Assembly (NCBI RefSeq): GCF_006345805.1
Contig: NC_043004.1
Location: forward strand, 51,770,001-51,834,000
Direction: 5' to 3'
Source: Octopus sinensis
Taxonomy: Eukaryota
Length of the DNA stretch: 64,000 bases
Below are positions 11,995-23,377 of this stretch, piece by piece. A program made the translations under genes and the position numbers. The notes under the pieces were generated by a model that saw only the letters and a program-made list of their open reading frames with translations, ran no database searches and was not told the DNA's origin. How positions within the stretch are numbered: position 1 is the first letter of the stretch; each line of letters begins with the position of its first letter.

Positions 11995-12407
11995 TTTTCA
12001 AAAAACGTAGTCTTTAATAAAATAAAATTTTAAAGAAGAAAGAAATTGAAACATAATATATATATATATATATACACACTTATGCATTGTTGTATATGGA
12101 AACCATGTACTGAATATCCTGTGTTTTATGTATATATATATGTATGTTTGTGTGTGTGTGTATACACACACACATACACACATATATAAATAATACACAA
12201 TTGTACATATCTGTATGTATGTACACATGGCTTTGTGCAGCCACACAAACACACACTCAATATACACATATCTACACTGATGTGCATTTGTGTATATAAC
12301 TACATTGCTATGCATGTATAATATATATACACACACACATGCACATATATGCATATATACATACGTATTGTAGTTTCACATATCTACATTTGCTGTATCT
12401 CGCTCTG

Positions 12408-12461
<54 letters not shown>

Positions 12462-15189
12462 CATATTCACAAGTATTTGTGATATATATGGATATATACA
12501 TACAAACTTATATGTGTACATATACATATATTTGTGCATATATGCATATGTGTGTGTGTTAACAGATAGGTAGAACAAATAAGTCTGGACCTTGGTGATG
12601 GTGCAGAAAGTGGCAGAGGGCCACAATGATAATAATAATAATGGCGGTGGCCCTGTACATCAATAGTATCATCAGCATCATCATCATCATCATCATATTA
12701 TGTCCTTCCTCTCACACAGCCTGTTTTCTTACAAAAAAAAAGACTCCCTCGTTCTGGATGCCACTCCACACATGACCACCGTCTCTCGACGCGGTCACGT
12801 GCTCCAACTATATAACCCTCACACTTTCTGTCAACGTCCACCTTGTTGCGAATGATGACGAGAAAGAAGGGGAAGAGAGGAATTGTCTGCCAAGACCAAC
12901 ACCATCACCGCAGTACCCCATTACCCACCCTTGGAACAGGTCAAAAAGTGGGGGGGAAAGGGGTGAAGGGTTCTACCATTATTATTATTATTATTATTAT
13001 TTTTGTATTATTTATCACGGGACTATCTAGAGCTTTTTTTCTTTAAAAAATTTTTTTTTGTTTTAGCTTTCTTCAAATGCTACAGTTTTCTACTGTCTGT
13101 CTGTGTGTCTGTCTGTCAGCTCTGCTCCATTGTTTCCTTACACCACATCACTGCACTGGGAGGGGAGAGAGAGAGAGATGTCTACATTGATTAATTCAAA
13201 TGTAAGGTGATAGCTGGTCGGCTCTTTTAGCCACACACATACACACACAATATGTTCTGGCTATGGGCTGCTACCCCCATCCATGTGACACTCAGTAAGA
13301 GGAGAGGGAGGGTGGGGCATCCTTGTCACGATCCTCATCTGCTAGCTTGAGCACATCCAAATGTCAATGACATCTCTGTTTGACAGGTTTGACATTTGAG
13401 AAGGGGAGGTAATAAAAATAAAGGCAACAAGATCTGGGTTGACTGACAGAAGGTAGAGTGTGAGAGAGAACACTGGTTTCATTCACACAACTTGGCATTA
13501 TCAGTCGTCTCCTTGTACAGTTAGTTCAGGGTGGGTGTTGTAAAGAGAAAGCCCTCTGTTTCCATACTGGATGATGTAAAACTGCCACAAAATTCAATAA
13601 GTTACCTCTGAAATATCTGCACTAAGTAAACATTGTGTCAAATGTATTTCTCTGTGCACACGTGCATCCATGCATGCATGTGTGTGTGTGGGTGAGTGAG
13701 ATAGCAAAAAAGAGAGAGAGAGACTGTTGTGCCTGCAAACTGTTCTTGTCTTTAGAAGAAAGGTTCTCTCTCTTTTTCCCTTTCTATCAAAGTAAAGTCC
13801 TTATGAAAAGCTAAAGAACGAGAGACAAGAGTGCAAAATAGTTTCCCAGGATGCAGTGCAATGAAATGGCCCCCTGCACCAAAATGAATTTTTGTCAATG
13901 AACGAATAAAACGAGAAAAAGTTTTTTTTTAAGGGGAGGAACACCCTGGGAAAGAAACAAAAGAGAAAGTAATGCCTAAGGGGAAAAGGAACAAAGTAGG
14001 GCACACACCTGACTATTATGGCTTGGAAACCAACACATAACCAAAAAGGAATGTGCTAGGAAGGAACAAGCAGAAAAGCCAACCAACAAGAACAATGTAC
14101 ACGGTCTGTTTGTGTCTGTACCTTTCTCTTTCTTTCCATAGAAGACATCTCCCTTCTTCAACAAATACTTCCAGTAAAGCAATGCAACCTAGAAGCAAGA
14201 TATAAACAAATAACACAACTAAACGTGCTGTCTTATAGGAACCAACAGGTACAGCCACAGTGTCCCCTTATTTAAAAAAAAAAAAAAAAGCGATACTTTT
14301 GCCAGCCAAAAGATATTTTTCATAGGGAACCCACAAAATTTCCACCAGACAGAGAAGCAATATACCTCTAAGAAACCCACAAACCCCAGCCAGCCAGAAA
14401 CAATGTCTATTGGAGGATGCCCACAAACTCCCCACCATCCAGGAGACCAAAAACCTGGCCAGCCAGAAGCAATGTCCATTCAAGGCACCAATAAACATGA
14501 CCAGCCAGAAGCAGTGTCCTTTCAGAACCCCAAGAAACAGAAAGGAATGTCCCCCCACTACCAAGAAATAAACCTTGCTAATTTAAAGCAAAGCAATATT
14601 CACAAAGAAAGCAGTGTAATCAGTTGGTGAGATTTGTAGGCAAAAATCTTGAGAGAAAAATAAACAAACATTGTGTGTGTGTGTGTGTCTGTGTGGAACA
14701 GATTGTCACAATGCAGACAGCTTTTCTTCCAAGTATTTTCTTTATAAAAAAGTCAGTTATTTATTTTTTTTCTAAAGTCATTTTTTTTTCCATTTTCCTT
14801 GCATATTACATATTTGTATGTGCCAAATGGCTATTAAAACTGTTTATATAATATATATACACATATATATATATATGTACATATACACGCACACTTTAAT
14901 ACTGTGTTGACAGTGCATATATGTTTGACTTTTCTTTTTTTTTTCTTTTAAATCTTATATTTTATTTCAGTCCACTGTTTTTCCACTCATCATTTTCTTT
15001 TCTTCATTTTATTTGGGGTATTTTTTTTTTGTGTTTCATTCAAAAGAAGAAGAAAAACACAAAGAGTTTCTTATCTTTTTTATGAAACACCTTCAGGTGA
15101 CAAAGTTATACCAGGCCATGTTTAGCTGTTAAAGTAGTGCAAGATGGAGAGAATATAAGCTGTTTTATTGCTGTTTGTTATTGAAGGAG

Positions 15190-15245
<56 letters not shown>

Positions 15246-15397
15246 ACACAGAGAGAGAGATCTGGAGGAGTGAGTTCTTCCTTCTGCAGATGTTGCAGTC
15301 TCTTCTGACACTCTGGCATATATCTCACTTTCAAAATATATAAAACAGGAAAAAAAATTATGTGTGCATATGTATGTGTGTGTGTATGTGTGTATAT

Positions 15398-15447
<50 letters not shown>

Positions 15448-16003
15448 TATATATACACACACACACACCTACCTATATTTGTATGTAAATCCTCAAAAAA
15501 TACAGAGATCTTATACGGAAATTTCATATTCCTTTCAAATTTTGTCAGTTACATTCTCCCTTGCATGTGCGTGTATGTATAAGTATATACTCATGAGTCT
15601 GTATATGTATGTGTTGTTATGTGAGAGTGAGTGAGTGAGTGTGTATGTGTGAACAAGTGCGTGTATCTAGGTTAGGGGCCATTGTTTAAACTTTTGTCAC
15701 ACTTTAGAAATAAATGCATGAAGTTGAAATGGTTTCATAGTTCCATTGGTCAGTGGAGGCGGTGGTTGTTGTTGTTGTTGTGGACGTGATGGTAAACAGG
15801 GGACGGGGCAGAAGGCGAGGGGCAGGGGCGTCAAAGCGAAGGAAGCCTGGGAACAATATACAGGAACATGACCAGTGTTTGGTGATTGAGGATTAGAGAA
15901 AGATAGATTTTGAGAGGCTTCTTGGTACTGTGGAATGATATGGAAAGACACATCTTGGTTATCAGTATTAATAATAATATTATTATAATATAATAATTAA
16001 TTA

Positions 16004-16039
<36 letters not shown>

Positions 16040-17129
16040 TTGTTATTATTTTCGGTGACGAGTCAGCTTTTTGTCTTCTCTCAATTCTTGAAGAGAAAAA
16101 AAATTTTCAAAATTCAAAATAAAAGTAAAATAAAGAAGATTAACAAAAAAAAATCAAACAAAAACCATTAATGAAATCTTGTTTGACGTAAATTGTTGCA
16201 GTTGCTACTGCTTACATAGGAAGGCAATGATGATGTTAATAATAATAATAATACTAAATAATAATAATAATAATACTAAATAATAATAATAATAATAATA
16301 ATAATTACATTAACTTCACCAAAAAATAATTTTGTTTTAAGAGAAAGAAATAAAAATATTTAAATAAAAGCTCCAGTTAGTTGAAGTAGTACTATTTCTT
16401 GTATATCTTATTATTATTATTATTATTCAATGCGTTAAGTAAAAATTAAATTCCTTAAAAAATGTAACAAAGGAAAAAATATACAAAAGAATGTGAAGGT
16501 ATTGTGTATGAGTGGAGAGAGAGAGAGAGAGAGAAAAAAAGAAAGGGATTAAATTTATATATCAAAATGAAAAAAAAAAAAGAGAAAAATCAAAATGAAA
16601 ATTAGAATATTACAGAATATCTCACCTCCCTTAAACAAAAAAGGATCAAAAAATGGAATATATAAAAAAAATGTTTCAAAAGGAAATATGAGAATGAGAG
16701 AATAATGTTGAGAAGACAAGCAAGAATTTCTGAGAACGACCACTTCTGCTCTTCTTCAAAGAACGAGTCTTTTGGTGTGTTTTTTCATTTTGTTCTTGGG
16801 CTAAAAATGGTCCAAAACAAACATTTACCGGCATTTTTCAAAGACTAACCAACCATATATTCATCTCCTCCCCATCATGTTGAATTTTTCTTGCTCTCCT
16901 GCTCATTTTGTTTGTTTGTTTCTCATAAAAATACTGGAGGGAGACAACGACGATGAATCGCTCACTTTAGCATATTTGGGTGTTACGATCTCATTTTTTA
17001 ACACTTTCTGGTGATGATCGTCATAGAAACCGGCTCTCTATATAGCTTTTAGTAGACATATTTTTTTCTGCTTTTGCTTTTAATGAGTTAAGAGTCAATG
17101 GAAGGTGTGTCAGGAGCAAGCTCCTACTA
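11995..17129 (-). other. Probable long 3' UTR of the tetraspanin (about 5.1 kb)
   Basis: Follows the stop codon and contains no recognisable SINE or transposon, unlike the rest of the window. Ends at a candidate poly(A) signal. The extent is inferred. Confidence 0.5.
12013..12018 (-). terminator. Candidate polyadenylation signal ATTAAA with downstream U/GU-rich element
   Basis: The minus strand reads ATTAAAgactacgtttttg, then ttctttgtggttttaattatttattttgtttg. It sits at the edge of the TE-free block. Confidence 0.35.
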
Positions 17130-17206
17130 TTATAGATCAATCTCATCCTCTTCTGAATTTTGCCGAACTCGGAAACACAAACAACAGGACACCAAATACC
17201 AACGGC
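17130..17206 (-). CDS. Tetraspanin terminal coding exon, apparently 1 nt short: AVGI[L]VSCCLCFRVRQNSEEDEIDL*
   Basis: Strong tttttaccttttcattttag acceptor. GCC GTT GGT ATT reads AVGI in phase 0, but VSCCLCFRVRQNSEEDEIDL-TAA lies in another frame (77 nt to the stop instead of 78). Confidence 0.75.
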
Positions 17207-17377
17207 CTAAAATGAAAAGGTAAAAAGAAAACACAGGTTGTTAATTAGTTTTATTCCAATCTTTAAATCTATCTATCTATCTATCACATCATACAGACAA
17301 GAAAGTACCGTAAATCCTCGAGTATAATCCGCATTTCCCCCCAAAATCCTAGTGCTTACTATATATGAGGTTAAAAC

Positions 17378-17858
17378 CGCCGGCCCAATGGTTTCCCTTC
17401 ATGGTAGAATTAATAGTCGAGACTATTTAAGCATTTTATCTGCTCAAATTCATCCTATGGTTGCAGAACTGTTTCCGGAGGGAAACGCAATCTTTCAGGA
17501 TGATAATGCACCAATTCACACAGCTAAAGTTGTTACTGAATGGCACGAAGAACATTCTAGTGAAGTTGAACATCTTATCTGCTCACTACAGTCCCCAGAT
17601 CTCAATATTGTTGAACATTTACGGTGCATTTTAGAAAAACAAGTAAGGAGTCGATATCCTCCACCATCATCACTAAAAGAAATGGAGACTGTTTTAGCTG
17701 AAAAATGGACAAAAATTCCTTTGGAAACAATTCAAACTTTGTTCAAGCCCATGCCTCAGAGAATTCAAGCTGTAATTATTGCCAAAGACGGTCCAATCCA
17801 ATATTAAAATAAATTTGTTTGAAATTTAAGGTGTTTCCATTATTTTGTCCAGCCCCTG
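17378..17858 (+). mobile_element. Tc1-like transposase 3' fragment with right TIR, in the last tetraspanin intron (antisense to the gene)
   Basis: FQDDNAPIH…QSPDLNIVEHL…IAKDGPIQY. Ends gtccagcccctg followed by TA. The 5' part is missing. Confidence 0.9.
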
Positions 17859-18189
17859 TATATATATATATATATACACACACACACAAGGTGGGTTTCT
17901 TTCAGTTTCTCTCCACCTAATCCACTCACAAAGCTTTGGTTGGCCCAAAGCTGTAGAAGACACTTGCTCAAGGCACCACACAGTGGGACTGAACCCAGAA
18001 CCATGTGGTTGGGAAGCAAGCTTCTTACCACACAGTCACGTCTGCACACGTGTTTTCAATTCCCATGCCATGTGAAGACAAGGGAACATACCACCAACAC
18101 ATTCCAGGGAGCAGAGGTCATTATTGTAGCTGTAGAAAATACAGAGAGAGAGAGAGAGGAGACAGCAGATTTGTGATGCCAGAGGTTGT

Positions 18190-18420
18190 TGTAGATCTAT
18201 GAATGGCCTTATGGCAATCATTCGGGTGTCCCATTTTTTAGATGCAGTTTTGGATATTTGAGCGTGCAGCACTGTCCCAGATGAGAGCAATACTCCATTG
18301 TGGATCTCATCGGTGCTTTGTTATTCGTTAAGAGTGGATGTGGCCTGATAGATCTTCAGGCTCAGAAGAGAAAGTCTATGCAGTCCCAGCTATGTCAGAG
18401 GTGTGCTTTAAGCCAGGAGA
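18190..18420 (-). mobile_element. Very decayed LINE (CR1/Jockey-like) RT C-terminal remnant
   Basis: Minus-strand remnant …MRSTMEYCSHL… resembles the IRP..EYCSH.W motif. Multiple stops. Confidence 0.35.
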
Positions 18421-18769
18421 GATCCTACAAAACAATAAAGCATTTTACCACAATACATGATAAAACTAAGATGCCTAGTCACTCACTCTTCACCTTGTTT
18501 TTCATCCTGGCCACTACTCAAGAGCTGCATATAGGTAGCACAGCGTGGCTTACTTTCAACATGACATATAGCTGTCATCTGTAATAAACATCTAAAGGCT
18601 AAAATAAGAAAGTAAAGGGAGTTAGCTTATCCTACCAGCATTGCACCTAACTGTGGTTTGCAAAATAACAAAATAAAGGGAGTTAACTTATTCTATCAGC
18701 AAAGACTTTTGCAACTGGAGTTTGCAAGGTTTTCAACATTAATTCAGTGAGTTGGTAGATTGTACTTAC

Positions 18770-18853
18770 TAATAATATTGGAATAGAGCCAGCAACTAAA
18801 CCAAGAATTATAGCCCTTTTGATCAAGTGTTCCCGTATTTTGTCCAGGCAACC
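18770..18853 (-). CDS. Tetraspanin exon (last loop Cys, start of TM4): GCLDKIREHLIKRAIILGLVAGSIPILL
   Basis: gtctactttcag acceptor and gtaagt donor. 84 nt, phase 0/0. GC motif followed by a hydrophobic helix. Confidence 0.93.
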
Positions 18854-19234
18854 CTGAAAGTAGACACATTTAAATATCAATTAAATACAAGCTTATTGGT
18901 TGTTTTATGTTAAAATGGAAAGAAGGAAGAAAAAAGGAGAAAATAATAAAATTAAATAACATTAAAATAAATAAAAGTTTGTGTCAACATTTTTAGTTTC
19001 AGCAATAAGGTTGTTGCAGGTAGATATTTGATTTGATGAGATTTTTAGCTTTCAAACTGTTCCTATCAGACTCTAAATATTCTACCTGTTTTATGATCAA
19101 ATGAGCCACATTAAGCTTCTCACACCTATCCTACAATGTCATTCTAAAAATAAACAATCAAATCATTGTAATTTTAAAGCTACGAGATAATGAATAGTTA
19201 ATTCAAAACAATGTGAATAAACAAGCATTACGGC

Positions 19235-19580
19235 ATGTGAACGTGCATGACTGAATGGTTAGAACATCAAGCTCACAATCATGATGAGGTTGTGAGTTCA
19301 AATCCTGGACCAGGCTGTGTGTTGTGTTCTTGAGCAAGACACTTTATTTCACATTGCTCCAGTTCACTCAGCTGTAGAAACATGTTGCGATGTCACTGGT
19401 GCCAAGCTGCATTGGCCCCTTTGCCTTTCCCTTGGATAACATCAGTGGAGTGGAGAGGGGAAGGCTGGCATGCATGGGACAGCTGTTGGTCTTTCATAAA
19501 CAACATTGTCTGGACTTGTGCTTCGGAGGGTAACTTTCTAGGTGCAATCCCATGGTCATCCATGACTGAAGGGGGTCTTT
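19235..19580 (+). mobile_element. tRNA-derived SINE, family E
   Basis: Core cttgagcaagacactttatttcacattgctccagttcactcagctg and tail …ggtgcaatcccatggtc…gaaggggg. Homologue at 56466-56793. Confidence 0.75.
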
Positions 19581-20394
19581 ACTCTTATTCTTTACAAACA
19601 TATTTGACAGAATAATCTGAATGATAAAAGGGTTAAGGCCTCTGCCACATAGCTCACCTTCTATACACACAGGCACGCCTGTGTGTGTGTGTGTGTGTTA
19701 CTGCTTGCTGTGGCAACATTCAGATTCTACAAGTGATTAGGTGAATGCATGAATGTATATCTGGAGCACTGAATCTGTGGATGGCATCTAGATGTCATAG
19801 GTCTGTTCCCCACCCAGGGATGACTAGGGATGCACCAACATCTAAGAGTAGCCAGCAACACATCAACATTGAGGGATGAACAGGGATAATACAGCAACAC
19901 AACAATACTTTAATCCTTTTGTTATACTATTTCTGTTGAAATACACCATCTTTCATCATCATTCTTTAATGTCTGTTTTCCATACTGGCATGGGTTGGAT
20001 GGTTTGACCAAAGCTGGTAAGCAGGAGAGCTGCACCAGATTCCAGTCTAAATTGGCTTGGTTTCTATGGCTGGATGCCCTTCCTAACGCCAACCCCTTTA
20101 CAGGGTGTGGTAGGTGCTTTTTATTACAATTAATTTTGAAAATAACGACGAATTTATTACAGTAACTCATTTAAGCTGGTGTTTGGAATCTAAATCAAGA
20201 TGATATTTTGATGAAAGGTTTTATATTAAATCATTTTCAAACATGAAGATTGCACCAAACAATCAAAGATAATTTCAGGCAGGTTGGCATCAAAAGGGTA
20301 ATGGTCAATGTATGAAATATGTACTTCCAAATAATATTGCAACTTTGAAAAATAAAAAGAAAAGAGTAGGATAAAAAATAAAAGGTTGATATAC

Positions 20395-20537
20395 TTCGGT
20401 ATTTAAGTCATCATTTCGTTGGTCATTTTTGCCTATGGGTGGTCCTAGCGCAGGTGGTGCCCTCATTCGGATTTCACCAGTACACCGTTTCTCATTTGAG
20501 TCTTTTTTACAACAACTTCTTGGCACGTATGGAGATT
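20395..20537 (-). CDS. Tetraspanin exon with PxSCC motif: (Q)SPYVPRSCCKKDSNEKRCTGEIRMRAPPALGPPIGKNDQRNDDLNTE
   Basis: ttcattctttcag acceptor and GAA|gtatat donor. 143 nt, phase 1/0, matching the previous exon. Confidence 0.93.
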
Positions 20538-20828
20538 CTGAAAGAATGAAAAGGGAATTTAATCCCAGGTCTATGTCAGCTCCAGCTTAAAAAGTGAGAG
20601 AAGGTATCACATAGTTAGAGGGGAGCCCAAGTTATGTATGAAACACAATGTAATAGTCTGGGAAAAGGGAGCAGAGGGTCAAGAAAAGAAGTTTGAGGTA
20701 TGAGATAATGGTAATAAGAAAGGAATACAAAGTGTGTGTGTGAGAGAGAGATAGGGGGAGGATGGAGAGGAAGATTATGAAAACAAAAGTGGCAGCCGAG
20801 AGGGAGAGAAAGAACCGGTGATACTTAC

Positions 20829-20922
20829 GCTCTGGATTGCGGCGGTACCATTCACTTCGTAGTTTATACACACTCCACGAGAAGGAACTATTTTCACCCC
20901 CTTTGATTCCACAACACTGCAG
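20829..20922 (-). CDS. Tetraspanin exon with CCG motif: LQCCGIKGGENSSFSWSVYKLRSEWYRRNPE
   Basis: ttctctgttgtacag acceptor and gtaagt donor. 94 nt, phase 0/1. Contains CCG. Confidence 0.95.
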
Positions 20923-21316
20923 CTGTACAACAGAGAACAAAGAAATCAGGTTCTATTAGCTGCCACATGTCCAATTCCAGCTTCTAACACACAACCTAGT
21001 CACCTACCTTTTATTTGTTGCACTGTGTAACCATGTTGCAACACTGCTTTGAAGGGTTCAGTTTTACTAATCAACCCCCCAAAACTTATTCTATTGGTCT
21101 CTGTTGCCAAACTTCTAGGTAATGGGGACATAAACAAACAAATGCCGGTTGTCAGAGGTGGAGAGAAACAAGCACAAAGGCACATACTCATACATGATGA
21201 GCTCTACAAATCTCTGCCCACCAAATTTACTCCCAAGGAACCACATAGTGGGACAGAACTAGAAACCATGTAGTTGCAAAGCAAACTTCTGGACAATAAA
21301 CATGTCAATCACACAT

Positions 21317-21349
<33 letters not shown>

Positions 21350-21472
21350 CACACACACACACACCTATATCTATCTATCTATCTATCTATTTATCTATAT
21401 ATATATATATATACATATATACACACATATATACATACATACATATATATGTGTGTATACATACGTACACAT

Positions 21473-21505
<33 letters not shown>

Positions 21506-21555
21506 CATACACATATGCAGTGTGTGAGAAGATCTGGCAAGCCAAGTGAGACCGT

Positions 21556-22064
21556 AACCCGTGGCCTGTGCCAGGGGTGTAACCAGCCCACTTATGCATA
21601 CCTTTTCTTCATTAGACACTAAACTCTGCTTGCGAAGACCTGTTGAGGCACGTGAAATTGAAATCGAATCAAATTCAAGGACTGGCACCCATGCCAGTGG
21701 AGCGCGATCGTTGCCAGAGCAGCTCACTGGCTTCTGTGCCGGTGGCACGTAAAAATGCCAGTGGCACATGAAAAAACATTCAAGCGAGGTCGTTGCCAGT
21801 CTGCTGGACTGGCTCCTGCGCAGGTTGGCATGTAAAAAACACCATTTGAGCATGGCTGTTGCCAGTACCGCCTGACTGGCCCTCGTACTGGTGGCACGTA
21901 AAAGTACCCACTACACTCTCGGAGTGGTTAGCGTTAGGAAGGGCATCCAGCTGAAGAAACTCTGCCAGATCAGATTGGAGCCTGGTGCAGCCATCTAGTT
22001 TGCCAGTCCTCGGTCAAATCGGCCAACCCATGCTAGCATGGAAAGCGGACATTAAATGATGATT
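21556..22064 (+). mobile_element. Retroposon with (GAT)n tail and internal subrepeats, family D
   Basis: Ends aacccatgctagcatggaaagcggacattaaatgatgat. Many partial copies in both orientations across the window. Confidence 0.7.
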
Positions 22065-22098
22065 GATAGATAGATACATACATACACACAAGCGTATA

Positions 22099-23291
22099 TT
22101 GGGTTGACTAGAAAGTAAATTCGTTTCTTGCAAATAGATTTACGATTTTTTTTAATGACTTTTGACAATGTTATGATTTTTTCATTTTGACATTTGATAG
22201 CCGTTACTTTTAGCTTACTTTAGAAGCAAATTGCATATAATTTTTTTCAGTGTCAATTTTAACACAGTGCAAAAACGAACATTTTCGTCATATTTTGCTT
22301 TTTTAGGGCAAGAAAGCTACTGGGGCTCACAAAGAGATATGTGAAGTTTATGGTGTTGATTGCTTAACAGGACACATGTGTCAGAAATGGTTTTAAAAAT
22401 TCTGTTCTGAAGATTTTTCACTCAAAGATGACCAATGTTCTGATCGACCTACTGAAGTTGATGATGACTGAATCAAAGCCATAACTGAATCTGATTATCA
22501 GAGAACTGTGTGATATATCACACACAACAATTGAAAATCAATTAAAATGTCTTTGACTCGTTAAGAAGCTTGATAGTTGGGTTCAACATACATTGAAAGA
22601 GATTCACTTGACACAATGAATCAATATTTGCGATATGCATCTCAAAAGCAATGAATCATCACTGGTGATTAAAACTGAATAACATCAATCAAAAACGATC
22701 AAGACCCAAGCGTAATGAACCAGCACAAACCATGTTGAAAACAGAATTGCATCAAAAAATGCTGTCAATTTGGTGGGATTACAAAGGTGTTGTGTATTTT
22801 GAGCTGCTTCCCATGAATTAATTCAGATGTTTACTTTCAGCTAATGAAACTGGAGAAAGTAATCGAAGAAAAATGGCCAGAATTGGCAAAGCGTAAAGGA
22901 ATTGTGTTCCACCATGACAACGCTAGACCACATGTCTTTGGTAACTCGTGAAAAATTATTGGAGTTGGTTGGGAAGTTAAGTCACATCCACTATATAGTC
23001 CTGACCTTGCACCGTCAGATTACCATTTATTTCGAAGTTTGCAAATTCTTTGAATGGTAAAACTTTCAATAATGATAATGACTTGAAATCGCACTTGCTT
23101 CAGTTTTTGGCTGATAAGGACCAGAAGTTCTATGAGCGTGGATTCATGAAGTTGCCAAAAAGACGGTAAAAGGGGCATCAAACAAAATGGAAAATATATA
23201 ATTGGTTAAAGTTCCTTCTTTGTATAAAAAAAAAAAAAAACACACTTTTATTTCACACCAAAAAACCAAAATTACTTTCTTGCCAACCTAA
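22099..23291 (+). mobile_element. Full-length decayed mariner element (about 1.19 kb)
   Basis: TIRs ttgggttgactagaaagtaa / ttactttcttgccaacctaa with TA on both sides. Motifs LSIWWDYKGVVYFELL, HHDNARPH and YSPDLAPSDYHLF, with stops and frameshifts. Confidence 0.92.
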
Positions 23292-23336
23292 TACACACAT
23301 ATATATATACATATGTACATATACACATACGCACAC

Positions 23337-23373
<37 letters not shown>

Positions 23374-23377
<4 letters not shown>

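Noticed and set aside
17352-17807. Functional transposase gene
   Set aside because: Only the C-terminal DDE part is present. The ORF start runs into unrelated pogo-like TIR sequence, and the DNA-binding domain and left TIR are missing.
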